A stretch of 64,000 nucleotides of DNA from Synechococcus sp. (GTDB taxonomy: Bacteria > Cyanobacteriota > Cyanobacteriia > PCC-6307 > Cyanobiaceae): assembly GCA_047284725.1 (NCBI GenBank), contig JBJBEO010000001.1:1272203-1336202 (forward strand), written 5' to 3'. The translations under genes and the position numbers were made by a program. Shown in pieces: positions 30,091 to 39,392 of the stretch. The stretch's first letter is position 1; every line of letters starts with the position of its first letter. The notes under the pieces are model-generated. The model did no database searches. It saw only the letters and a list, made by a program, of their open reading frames with translations, and had not been told where the DNA came from.

Positions 30091-30202
30091 CAGGGAGCAA
30101 CGCATACGGACCCAGCCTGACAGTTTTGGTGCCCGGTGCTGTCAGGAACCGATGAAACCGCCACAATGACCCGATGGGGAGCTCAAGCCACGGCAAGGTC
30201 GC

Positions 30203-30889
30203 ATGGTGGGAATGAGTCACCGCTGGACGTGGCGTGATGAAGTACTCACCTTTCTGCCTGAACGAGCTCTCTGGCGGGAAAATGGCCGACAACTGATGGT
30301 GTCGGACCTGCACCTCGGCAAAGCCGAGGTGTTTCAAGCCCACGGCATTCCCCTGCCCAGTGATGCCGATCAGGGCACCCTCAATGCGCTTCTGGAACTC
30401 TGCAATCGCTTCCGCCCGGAGGTGCTGTTCATCCTTGGCGACCTGATCCATGGTCGCCTCGGCCTCACCCATACCTTGCGGGACATCCTGCGTTCCCTGG
30501 GGGAACTGGCAGGCTGCCCGATCCACCTCATTGGAGGCAATCACGACCGATCCAGCGTGATTGAAGGATTGCAGCAACACCCCAGCTGCCAGCTCGGCCG
30601 TCTCTGGCTGAGCCACGAACCAGAAACGCCTCCGTCCCAAGACGGTCTCCTGAATGTGTGCGGCCACGTGCACCCTGTGGCCTGCATCAGGCAAGGCTGC
30701 GACCACCTGAGAGTTCCATGTTTTGCCTACGCAAGTGATTCGCAGCATCTGCTGATTCCCGCTTTTGGGGAATTGACGGGTGGCCACCGCTGCGACGGGC
30801 GTTATAAGAAATGGCTGGTGGCTGATCACGCCGTTATTCCTTGGCTCGAACCCATTTCCACAACGCCACGGCTGAGGGTCGCCAAGTGA
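30203..30889 (+). CDS. pdeM: Ligase-associated DNA damage response endonuclease (metallophosphoesterase MPE/PdeM)
   Basis: SDLHLGKA..F..HGIPLP, LGDLIH, GNHD, HEP, GHVHP, PAFG.LTGG. Confidence 0.92.
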   Translation: MVGMSHRWTWRDEVLTFLPERALWRENGRQLMVSDLHLGKAEVFQAHGIPLPSDADQGTLNALLELCNRFRPEVLFILGDLIHGRLGLTHTLRDILRSLGELAGCPIHLIGGNHDRSSVIEGLQQHPSCQLGRLWLSHEPETPPSQDGLLNVCGHVHPVACIRQGCDHLRVPCFAYASDSQHLLIPAFGELTGGHRCDGRYKKWLVADHAVIPWLEPISTTPRLRVAK

Positions 30890-32409
30890 CACGCGCCCCT
30901 GTCAGAACACCCTCTTCAAGCCGACGCAGACCTCGGTCAAACGCGGGTGAACGGAACACGCGACGGAAACGGGGCCGTCGATCCAGACGACAGGGCAGCC
31001 CCCTACTGCTGCGAAAGCGGGTCTGGATTCTTGGACTGCCTTTGCTCACCTTTGCAGGGCTCGTCGCTCTTGCCCCGCAGACTCCGGGGCCTGGAGACCT
31101 GACCGCCACCTCTGGTTTTGACAATCTCGGAGAAGCAGGGGGCACGTTTCGCTACAAGCCAGACGACGAGGTGTACGCCCTCGATTTCGATCCGCGCAAG
31201 GTGCGTGTCGACCTGCTGGAAGGCTGGGATCGGGAAACCGATGCTTTTCACGACACCGCAGCCCTGGCCTACGTCACAGGGCCGATGTATGAGCGCCACC
31301 TGGAAGACGGGGGGAGGGAAGTCACCGTTCCATTAGGAGACCTCAAACTTGGTCAACGCATCTGGAAGGGACGTAACCGAACGGCAGCACGGCAACGCGC
31401 GTTCATCGGTATTCGCCACGACGGCAGAGTCGATTTCAGCTACGGCGAACTCACCAACAAGCATGCCGGCCAGTACGACACGTTTATCGGGGGACTCCAC
31501 AGCGTTTACAACGATCTGGAGCAACCTCCATCCAGTTACGCCGGCGCCTACAGCATCAGCATGGGCCAGCGAATCCGGTACTACCTCCCCCGGATTCGAA
31601 TGGTGTTTGGACTACGTCAGGACGGCCGCCTGGAAATGCTGATGAGCAAGGACGGCCTCACGCTGGAACAAACCAAGGATCTCGCCAGACGCAGGGGGCT
31701 CGTCAGTGCCTACCTGCCAGACCATGCCTCCAAAAGCCGTTTGATCATCCCCAGGGTCAAAGGCTTCACCGAAGAGGACGCCAACTGGATCAGCGGGGGA
31801 GCGACCAGCTTTGTACATGTTCCTTACCTGTTGCGTCTCAGTGAACGCAGAGCTCCGCTCAACGGCACGCTGATGGACAACATCGGGCTGACGCTTCGCC
31901 TTCAAAATCGCTGCTCCACGCCAATCGACTGCGGTCAGTGGGTTGCGGAGCGTCTCATGGATCGGTCACTTGCAGGTCTGAATCGAGTCATGGAACAAGG
32001 GGTTGAACCGATCGCCCGGATGATTTGGCCGCCGACGACGACTCCCCGTCAACAGCCCGATCGAGACAGTGACGTCAGCCCAGAGTCGTCACGAGATCGT
32101 GCCCCTCTGCCTGAACCACCCATCACAGCCGATCCTTTGGTGCTGCGTGAAAACCTCTACCCGTCCCTGCCTGGCCTCGAAACCGATGAGACCACCATGG
32201 AACGGCCCGATGCGAAAGACCGGCTCCGTCCCAACCTGCCGCCCGATTTGCCACCACCACTGGTGATGCCGAACCCCGAACCATTGCCTCGCATGGACAT
32301 CGCCGAAGACAGCAGCGTCTATGAGCAACCCAACGCTGCCCAGGCCGCGCCTCTCGCGCGGTTTCATGACGCTCCTCCGCCACCATTGCTTCCCCCTCCC
32401 CTTCCTTGA
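30886..32409 (+). CDS. Membrane-anchored hypothetical protein with a divergent phosphodiester-glycosidase-like domain and Pro-rich tail
   Basis: Basic N-terminus plus TM; RAFIGIRHDGRV and RMVFGL..DG.L....GLTL......G...AYLPD pattern. Confidence 0.7.
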   Translation: MTRAPVRTPSSSRRRPRSNAGERNTRRKRGRRSRRQGSPLLLRKRVWILGLPLLTFAGLVALAPQTPGPGDLTATSGFDNLGEAGGTFRYKPDDEVYALDFDPRKVRVDLLEGWDRETDAFHDTAALAYVTGPMYERHLEDGGREVTVPLGDLKLGQRIWKGRNRTAARQRAFIGIRHDGRVDFSYGELTNKHAGQYDTFIGGLHSVYNDLEQPPSSYAGAYSISMGQRIRYYLPRIRMVFGLRQDGRLEMLMSKDGLTLEQTKDLARRRGLVSAYLPDHASKSRLIIPRVKGFTEEDANWISGGATSFVHVPYLLRLSERRAPLNGTLMDNIGLTLRLQNRCSTPIDCGQWVAERLMDRSLAGLNRVMEQGVEPIARMIWPPTTTPRQQPDRDSDVSPESSRDRAPLPEPPITADPLVLRENLYPSLPGLETDETTMERPDAKDRLRPNLPPDLPPPLVMPNPEPLPRMDIAEDSSVYEQPNAAQAAPLARFHDAPPPPLLPPPLP

Positions 32410-32490
32410 AAGCGAGGTCGACACCTCCAAGCACCGTTGCACGCAAGGAGCCCATCACCGGCCGGCTTCGCTGGAAGGGGCTCAAGCAGC

Positions 32491-32961
32491 TCAGGCGTTG
32501 GCTGCGGCGAGTGCCCTCACCACATCACCCCGCGTGATCACACCAACGGGCTTGCTGGCAGCGTCAATCACATACAGGCGCTGGGTGCTGCGCTCATGCA
32601 GAAGCGCGGCAGCCTTGGGAAGAGGCAGTGATTCAGAGCAGGAATGAACCCCTTGCCCCATCAGATCTTTCACAGTGGTGCCCAGCACCTGATGCACTTG
32701 CTTATCCCAGTTCAGTGGGTTGCGTAGATAGATGACGCTGTCGAGCAGCATCACGTAGGGGCCAGCATCCACCCCACTTTCCCGCACCATCAGATCCTGC
32801 TCGGTGAGTTCACCGATCAAGACCCCTTCTCCGTTGACAACCGCCAATCCACCGATGTGGTGTTGGCTGAGCAACGACACGGCTTGCTGCAACTCGGTCT
32901 CAGGCGTCACGCTGAACACGGGAAACGTCATCACATCGCGGACCGTCTGCTGAAGCACCAT
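32491..32961 (-). CDS. CBS domain protein
   Basis: TVRDVMT..., GTTVKDLM..., GVITRGDVVRAL (CBS pair). Confidence 0.92.
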   Translation of the reverse strand: MVLQQTVRDVMTFPVFSVTPETELQQAVSLLSQHHIGGLAVVNGEGVLIGELTEQDLMVRESGVDAGPYVMLLDSVIYLRNPLNWDKQVHQVLGTTVKDLMGQGVHSCSESLPLPKAAALLHERSTQRLYVIDAASKPVGVITRGDVVRALAAANA

Positions 32962-32991
32962 GGGACGCAAGCAAGTGCACGCATTCTGAGC

Positions 32992-33540
32992 TTGAACTCC
33001 CTCTGGCGCATCTGGGCAGACCGTCTCACTTTGATTCGAGCGGTGGCGGGGCTTCCGCTGCTTGTGTCATTGCTGACGCAACAAGAGGGCCTGGCCTGGA
33101 TGCTGCTCCTGGCCGCCGGGCTGACGGATGCCCTGGATGGATGGATGGCGCGGCGGGCCGGCGGGGGCAGCCGCTGGGGAGCACGACTCGATCCCCTCGC
33201 CGACAAACTCCTGATTGCAGCGCCCTTGCTGTGGCTTTCCGCCGATCAGACCTTGCCGCTTTGGGCAGTGTGGCTACTGCTGGCGAGGGAACTGCTGATC
33301 TCTGGATGGCGCCGTGATGCGGTTGACGGGGCACCGGCCTCGTCATGGGGCAAAGCCAAGACTGTGTTGCAGTTCATCAGTCTTCTTCTGCTGCTCTGGC
33401 CCTCAGGCTGGGGCCACTCCGGCCTGGTCGAAGGATTGCACGATCTCGGCTGGTGGTTGTTCTGGCCCTCCCTGGTGATGGCTCTGCATTCCGCCCTGGG
33501 GTATCTCAGGCCGCACCGATCAGAGCTGCATCGCCACTGA
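32992..33540 (+). CDS. pgsA: CDP-alcohol phosphatidyltransferase (PgsA-like)
   Basis: DALDGWMARR...GARLDPLADK motif; GKAKT. Confidence 0.88.
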   Translation: MNSLWRIWADRLTLIRAVAGLPLLVSLLTQQEGLAWMLLLAAGLTDALDGWMARRAGGGSRWGARLDPLADKLLIAAPLLWLSADQTLPLWAVWLLLARELLISGWRRDAVDGAPASSWGKAKTVLQFISLLLLLWPSGWGHSGLVEGLHDLGWWLFWPSLVMALHSALGYLRPHRSELHRH

Positions 33541-34429
33541 CATCAGGGGTGAGCACAGGGCGCTGGCTGTAATCGAGGTCGTAATTGTGCTGGAACGCAC
33601 TGATGGCATCAAAACGGGGCGTCCAGGCCAATTCCCGCTCGGCTCGGCTCACATCGGTGAGGAAGTGACTGAGACGCAAGGGGAAGGCCTTACGCGCCTT
33701 CGGATCCAAACCGCTGGGATCAAACGCACGGATCTCGACGCTGGCAGGATCTTTCCCACAGGCAAGAGCCGCAGCCTCCACCACACCCGCGAAGGTGATG
33801 CCCTTGCGGGACGAACAGTTGTAGATCCGATTGGTTGCCGCATCCACCGCCAGGGATCGCACCATCGCATCGGCCAAGTCTTCAACATGGCCGAGCTGGG
33901 TGATCGTGCTTCCATCACCGGGCATCGGCACAGGAAGGTCATTGCAGACCCGCTCGAAGAACCAGCGCTCGACGGGGTTGTAATTCCCTGGTCCGACGAT
34001 GTAGGTGGGTCGAAAGCTGGTGAAGGGAATGCCCTGCTTGAGCAGCCAGGCTTCCGTTTCGGCCTTCCCGGCATGGCGGCTGGCGGGATCCAGGGCAGCG
34101 TCTTCATCCAGGGGCCAGAGGTTTGAGCCTGCGTAGACGCCCGCCGAGCTCACATACAGAAAGCGATGGGTCGGAGCACCCGTGATGGCCACCACCGCTT
34201 CGCTGTCCTGCAGGGTGCGACCTGAGCTGTCGACGATCACATCAAACGTCTGCCCTTGGAGTTGGGCCAGATCATCGGCGTTGCTGCGATCTCCCTTCAC
34301 ATGGTTGACCCCTTCCGGTGCAGCCTGACGCCCGCGGGTGAACAGGCTGATGTCGTGACCCTGGGCAAGGAGTGTCTGCACGAGAGGCTTACCGACAAAA
34401 CGGGTGCCACCCATCACCAGGATCTTCAT
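33506..34429 (-). CDS. NAD-dependent epimerase family / CSP41-like RNA-binding protein
   Basis: GGTRFVG, SSAGVY, RPTYIVGPGNYN, KAFPLR..HF. Confidence 0.9.
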   Translation of the reverse strand: MKILVMGGTRFVGKPLVQTLLAQGHDISLFTRGRQAAPEGVNHVKGDRSNADDLAQLQGQTFDVIVDSSGRTLQDSEAVVAITGAPTHRFLYVSSAGVYAGSNLWPLDEDAALDPASRHAGKAETEAWLLKQGIPFTSFRPTYIVGPGNYNPVERWFFERVCNDLPVPMPGDGSTITQLGHVEDLADAMVRSLAVDAATNRIYNCSSRKGITFAGVVEAAALACGKDPASVEIRAFDPSGLDPKARKAFPLRLSHFLTDVSRAERELAWTPRFDAISAFQHNYDLDYSQRPVLTPDVSGDAALIGAA

Positions 34430-34510
34430 CACACCTCTGCTGTTCGAGGCCATTGAAGCGTGCTAGGGCCATGGCCCTGCAGGATGGGGCGCAGATCAGC
34501 TGGCTGACGC

Positions 34511-35278
34511 ATGGAGATCATTCCTGCCATCGACCTACTCGGAGGCGCTTGCGTCCGCCTCCATCAGGGTGATTACAACCAGGTCACCCGTTTCAGCGAC
34601 GATCCCGTGGCGCAGGCGATGCGTTGGCAGGAGCAGGGGGCAAGCCGCTTGCATCTGGTCGATCTGGATGGCGCCAAGAGCGGGGATCCGGTCAATGACG
34701 CCAGCGTGCAAGCCATCACCAAGGCGCTGTCCATCCCCGTTCAGCTCGGTGGCGGGGTGCGATCGGTGGAACGGGCTGAATCTCTGATCAACTGCGGCCT
34801 TGACCGCGTGATTCTTGGAACGGCAGCCATCGAGAACCCCAAGATGGTGAAGGAACTCGCAAGCCGTCATCCCGGAAAAGTTGTGGTCGGAATCGATGCC
34901 AGGGATGGAAAAGTCGCCACCCGAGGATGGGTGGAAGAAAGCAATGTGGAAGCCACAGCCCTGGCGCGCGACCTCAGCGATGCCGGTATCGCAGCGATCA
35001 TCAGCACGGACATCGCCACAGACGGCACTCTGGCGGGGCCCAATCTCAATGCCCTGCGGGAAATGGCTGATGCCAGCAGCGTGCCTGTGATCGCCTCCGG
35101 CGGTGTCGGCTGCATGGCTGATCTCCTTTCGCTGATGGGCCTCGAGCCCCACGGCGTTACCGGTGTGATTACTGGACGCGCCCTTTATGACGGTCGCATC
35201 GATCTCAGAGAGGCGATCAAGGCCATGGGTGGTGCACGCCTTCAGGACCCCGAGACCGGCCTGGGCTCCTTTGCCTGA
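34511..35278 (+). CDS. hisA: ProFAR isomerase
   Basis: IIPAIDL..G.CVRL.QG, LHLVDLDGA, QLGGGVR, TDI..DGTL.G. Confidence 0.97.
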   Translation: MEIIPAIDLLGGACVRLHQGDYNQVTRFSDDPVAQAMRWQEQGASRLHLVDLDGAKSGDPVNDASVQAITKALSIPVQLGGGVRSVERAESLINCGLDRVILGTAAIENPKMVKELASRHPGKVVVGIDARDGKVATRGWVEESNVEATALARDLSDAGIAAIISTDIATDGTLAGPNLNALREMADASSVPVIASGGVGCMADLLSLMGLEPHGVTGVITGRALYDGRIDLREAIKAMGGARLQDPETGLGSFA

Positions 35279-35345
35279 TCACGAATTCACGCATCCTGCA
35301 CGCTGCCAAGCGTACTCCTAATGTGAAGTCATTCCACTTACGATC

Positions 35346-35804
35346 ATGGTGGACGTGAGTCGGGACAATCCGCCCTCTGCAGAGAGCTCCCCCTGTAGGG
35401 GTGTTCAGAGTGCATTTGATCGCTGCCGTTCCCTCGGCATGCGACTCAGCCGTCAGCGGCGCATGGTGCTGGATCTCCTGTGGACGGAAGCAAGCCACCT
35501 CAGTGCCCGGGATATTTTCGAACGACTGAATGCCAGAGGCCGCAGAATCGGTCACACATCGGTGTATCAGAACCTCGAGGCGTTGCAATCTGCAGGCGTG
35601 ATCGAGTGTCTCGATCGGGCCAATGGTCGTCTGTATGGCTACCGGAGTGATCCCCACAGCCATCTCACCTGCCTGGACAGCGGAACAATCGAAGACATCG
35701 ATGTGTCGCTTCCTCAGGAACTCCTCGACCAGATCGAACTGTCCACTGGTTATCGCATCGAGTCGTACACCCTGCAGCTGAACGGACGACGAAGCACAAA
35801 TTGA
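35346..35804 (+). CDS. Fur-family transcriptional regulator
   Basis: GMRLSRQR, HLSA, TSVYQNL..L...G, HSHLTC. Confidence 0.9.
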   Translation: MVDVSRDNPPSAESSPCRGVQSAFDRCRSLGMRLSRQRRMVLDLLWTEASHLSARDIFERLNARGRRIGHTSVYQNLEALQSAGVIECLDRANGRLYGYRSDPHSHLTCLDSGTIEDIDVSLPQELLDQIELSTGYRIESYTLQLNGRRSTN

Positions 35805-35876
35805 TTCCCGTGCGGCACTGGAGACAACCGGGATTGCTCGTTACGTTGGCCGCAGTTGAACCATTCAGGGATCGGG

Positions 35877-37553
35877 GTGAACGCATCCAAAGCCGAGATC
35901 CTTTTACTGGCCCCACCTCTGCTGGGTGAATCCCTGGCGCTTCAACTCACATCTCTTGATCCCGACCTTCCCGTCTGTCTTCGAGAGGATCTGCTGACCA
36001 GCCATCCCAGGCTGGTGGTCTGGTCTCTGGACACTGTGGCCTCCATTCAGCAGCTGCAGTTGGAACTTCACAAGCTTCAGGAGTTCTGGCAACCAACCCC
36101 CGTGTTGGTTCTCCTGCCTGGAACGCTGAAGTTCAGCAGTCCGGAATTACTTAATTTGAATTGTCCGGGTGTGTTGCAGGATCCCGACCTGCCCACCCTG
36201 CGAGAAGGGATTGCAACGCTCCTCAAAGGCGGACGTGTTGTGAGACTGAACAGCGGTGGCCCTGGTGTTGAAACGACCCGGCCCACCATGGGCCTTGGCC
36301 AGTGGTTGCTCACCAGTGGGCTTCAACAGATCAGTAACGATCTTCAACTGATCGATGCCCTGCTGGTTCCACCACCGGACAACCTCCTGCTGCGTCTTTT
36401 GCTTGAAGGCCGGCAGCGGGAACTTGTCAGTGCCCAGAATCTCCTTCTCTGGCTGTGGGGCCCATTGCAGGTTGGTCTCGCCGAGGCTGAACAGCTCAGA
36501 ACAACAGACATCCACACCCCAGATGCGTCACCGCAACGTGATGGCGACGACAACCAAAGTGTCGCCATCACGTTGCGGGAGCGAAACGCCATCGCCGTAT
36601 GGGCCTCGATTCAGGATCGATTGATCAATGCCGTTGATCAGGGCCTCAGCAACGGCACCGGTGCCTTGCTGGCCATCGAAGGACTGCAGCCGGAACGTCG
36701 ACGAGACCTTCTGCTGGCTCTCCTGCAACAGCTTGATCAGGTGATGAACCGACTGCGATCTGGCCCTCCGGAAGGCATCGAGCATCCTCTGCCACTACAG
36801 GACCAATGGGGCACCCTTCAGACCGATCTTCGCCGTCAGGCCATCCAGGCCATGACAGGCAGCTACGTCCGTCTACCCCGCGGTGAAGACCTTCATCCTG
36901 TGGCGGAGACACTGATCAACAGTTCCGACCTCAGCCAGGTCGATCAGGAGCTCCCGGATGCCCGCCGGATGCTCGAGCCGCTGGTGCTCGACAGGCCGGT
37001 CCTGGTCGATGGGCAATTACTGCCCGCAGACCATCCAAAAGCTCTGTTGCAACTCGAAACCCTTGTAAGCAACTGGCTTGTTCGCAGTGCGGAACTGATC
37101 AGTGCAGAACTCCTGGGCATCTGCGGCGATTGGCCTGAATTGCGCCGATACTTACTTGATAATCGGCTGGTTTCCACCCGCGAACTGGAACGGCTTCGCA
37201 ACCAGCTCAATAACCAATCACGGTGGCAGCTATGGGTGCAGCGACCCATCCGTCTCTATGAAAGCCAGCGGCTCCTTTTTCAACTCAAAGCAGGCAAGAT
37301 CCAGCCCCTGACCCTGACCGAGCCCCGCGATCAAGAGCTGCGCAGCCTTGGCTGGTGGCAGCAACAGGTGGCACTCCTGCTTGAAGCGCGCGATGCCATC
37401 GCGCCGCAGGTGCAGACCCTTGTGCAACGCATCGGGGACTTGATGGTGGTTGTGCTCACCCAGGTGATTGGCAGAGCAATCGGCTTGGTGGGACGCGGCA
37501 TTGCCCAGGGAATGGGACGAAGCGTCGGTCGTCGCCCGATCGGCCGTGGCTGA
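35877..37553 (+). CDS. DUF3685 (Ycf55-like) protein with degenerate N-terminal receiver domain
   Basis: STRELERLRNQL, LLLEARDAIAP, VIGRAIGLVGRGIAQG. Confidence 0.85.
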   Translation: MNASKAEILLLAPPLLGESLALQLTSLDPDLPVCLREDLLTSHPRLVVWSLDTVASIQQLQLELHKLQEFWQPTPVLVLLPGTLKFSSPELLNLNCPGVLQDPDLPTLREGIATLLKGGRVVRLNSGGPGVETTRPTMGLGQWLLTSGLQQISNDLQLIDALLVPPPDNLLLRLLLEGRQRELVSAQNLLLWLWGPLQVGLAEAEQLRTTDIHTPDASPQRDGDDNQSVAITLRERNAIAVWASIQDRLINAVDQGLSNGTGALLAIEGLQPERRRDLLLALLQQLDQVMNRLRSGPPEGIEHPLPLQDQWGTLQTDLRRQAIQAMTGSYVRLPRGEDLHPVAETLINSSDLSQVDQELPDARRMLEPLVLDRPVLVDGQLLPADHPKALLQLETLVSNWLVRSAELISAELLGICGDWPELRRYLLDNRLVSTRELERLRNQLNNQSRWQLWVQRPIRLYESQRLLFQLKAGKIQPLTLTEPRDQELRSLGWWQQQVALLLEARDAIAPQVQTLVQRIGDLMVVVLTQVIGRAIGLVGRGIAQGMGRSVGRRPIGRG

Positions 37554-37574
37554 GGGGCAGAATGCGGCCTTTCC

Positions 37575-38123
37575 ATGATCGCGCCGATGGCCCGACTGCT
37601 CAACTCGCTTCTGGGCCTTCTTCTGGCGATCACCCTGATGGGTCCAGCGGCTAACGCCAGCCTCACTGACGACCGCTACGACGGAAACATCTACGCCCTC
37701 TACTCCGGCAACGGGTCTCTCGTACCACCATCCACAACACTCAAGACCTCCCAGGACGCCGGACGCACCAGCATCCTGATCTTTTATCTCGATGACAGCA
37801 GCACCAGCAAGGCCTTCGCGCCTTCGGTCTCTGAACTGCAGAGGCTTTGGGGACGCGCCGTTGATCTGATGCCCCTCACCACCGATGCGCTGCAGGGGCG
37901 TCCCACCGAGGGAAGCACTGATCCTGCCAGCTACTGGCACGGGCGCATCCCGCAGGTGGTGGTCTTGGATGGCTCCGGCACGGTGTTGCTGGACGAGGAA
38001 GGCCAGGTCCCCCTTGACGCCATCAACAAAGCCATCAGCAAAGCCACCGGTCTTCCAGCGCCTGAAGGCGTCAGCACCAGCCTGAGTTTCAATGAGCTCA
38101 ACACTGAGGTTCAGACCCGCTGA
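37575..38123 (+). CDS. Thioredoxin-fold thylakoid photosystem I accumulation factor
   Basis: DDRYDGNIYALYSGNGSLVPP, FYLDDS, SFNELNTE. Confidence 0.8.
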   Translation: MIAPMARLLNSLLGLLLAITLMGPAANASLTDDRYDGNIYALYSGNGSLVPPSTTLKTSQDAGRTSILIFYLDDSSTSKAFAPSVSELQRLWGRAVDLMPLTTDALQGRPTEGSTDPASYWHGRIPQVVVLDGSGTVLLDEEGQVPLDAINKAISKATGLPAPEGVSTSLSFNELNTEVQTR

Positions 38124-38187
38124 ACCAGGCGTTGAAACCGCTTACGCTGCGCGGCTGATGCCTACGGCCCAAGCCGTCGAAGACTGA

Positions 38188-39357
38188 ATGCCTTTGCTGC
38201 TCCTGATCCTCCTGCTGCTGGGTCTGGGCGTGGTCTGGTTGGAGGCGCGCCATCGTCTCCGGCCGGCGTCGCCCCTCCGGCTTGAAGCCCTTGACTGGTC
38301 CGTGACGCCCCGGGGCCAGGACCTGTTGGTGGAGGGTTGGCTTGAAATCAGCAACCCCCATCCCCGTATGGAGGTCTTCGTTCCTGAAATCGACGTGAAG
38401 CCGGTCTTGCTTGGCAAGACCGATCTCAGCAACCTGCAGATCCAGACACAACTCACGGCCGAGCACCCCGACGAAGAAGCCCGCCGCGATGGCTACTGGG
38501 CTGCGTACATCGTGAAAGGCAATCGACGCACCCGCGTGAAGGTGACTGTCGCGATCCGCTCCACAGCAGGGGTGAATGCAGTGGATGACGTCGATACCCT
38601 CTGGGCCGATGTGCACTGGATCAACTACGGACCGTTTGGCCGTCTGACACGTCAGCAAGGGGTGGTTGTACCGCTGCGCCGTCCCGATCCAGTGCTCGCG
38701 GCCAATGCTGCATTCCGCTCTGGTGAAAACTGCTCTGTGCTGCCGATCCGCACCCACCTGCTCGGCCCCCTCGATGACACGATTGAGGTGCTGCGCACCT
38801 ATGCGGGCGACTTGATTCAACCCGGCGATATTCTCACCATTGGCGAGACCCCTGTCGCTGTGATCCAGGGTCGTTATGCCCACCCATCCACGGTTGAGCC
38901 TGGTTGGCTCGCTCGGCTCCTCTGCAGGGCTTTCCACCCGACCAGCAGTCTCGCCACCGCCTGCGGCCTCCAGACCCTGATCGACCAGGTGGGGCCGACC
39001 AGGGTGTTGCTGGCCTGGAGTCTCGGCCTGGTTCTGAAAGTGCTGGGAAGCCCTGGTGGCTTCTACCGGCTCGCAGGGTCCCAGGCCCGGTTGATTGACG
39101 ACGTCACCGGTACCACACCTCCCTACGACCAGACCATTGTTCTGGGTCCATCAGAACCTGAATCCCTGTGCCAACAGGCCGCTGAGTCCCTTGGCGTGGC
39201 CGTCGCCATCGTTGATGTCAACGATCTGGGACGCGTCAAAGTGCTCGCCAGCAGCCGCGGCTGCGATGAATCGCTGCTGCAGCGTGCCCTGCGTCCCAAC
39301 CCTGCCGGCAATGCGAATGAACGCACCCCGCTGGTGCTCGTACGACCCGGTGGCTGA
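38188..39357 (+). CDS. F420-0:gamma-glutamyl ligase (CofE)-like protein with N-terminal TM
   Basis: PIRTHLL, GD..TIGETPVA..QGR, IDDVTGT.PPYD, AIVDVNDLG, NPAGN.NERTP. Confidence 0.8.
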   Translation: MPLLLLILLLLGLGVVWLEARHRLRPASPLRLEALDWSVTPRGQDLLVEGWLEISNPHPRMEVFVPEIDVKPVLLGKTDLSNLQIQTQLTAEHPDEEARRDGYWAAYIVKGNRRTRVKVTVAIRSTAGVNAVDDVDTLWADVHWINYGPFGRLTRQQGVVVPLRRPDPVLAANAAFRSGENCSVLPIRTHLLGPLDDTIEVLRTYAGDLIQPGDILTIGETPVAVIQGRYAHPSTVEPGWLARLLCRAFHPTSSLATACGLQTLIDQVGPTRVLLAWSLGLVLKVLGSPGGFYRLAGSQARLIDDVTGTTPPYDQTIVLGPSEPESLCQQAAESLGVAVAIVDVNDLGRVKVLASSRGCDESLLQRALRPNPAGNANERTPLVLVRPGG

Positions 39358-39392
39358 CGCACTTCACCGCAGATGAGAGATACATTGTTGAT

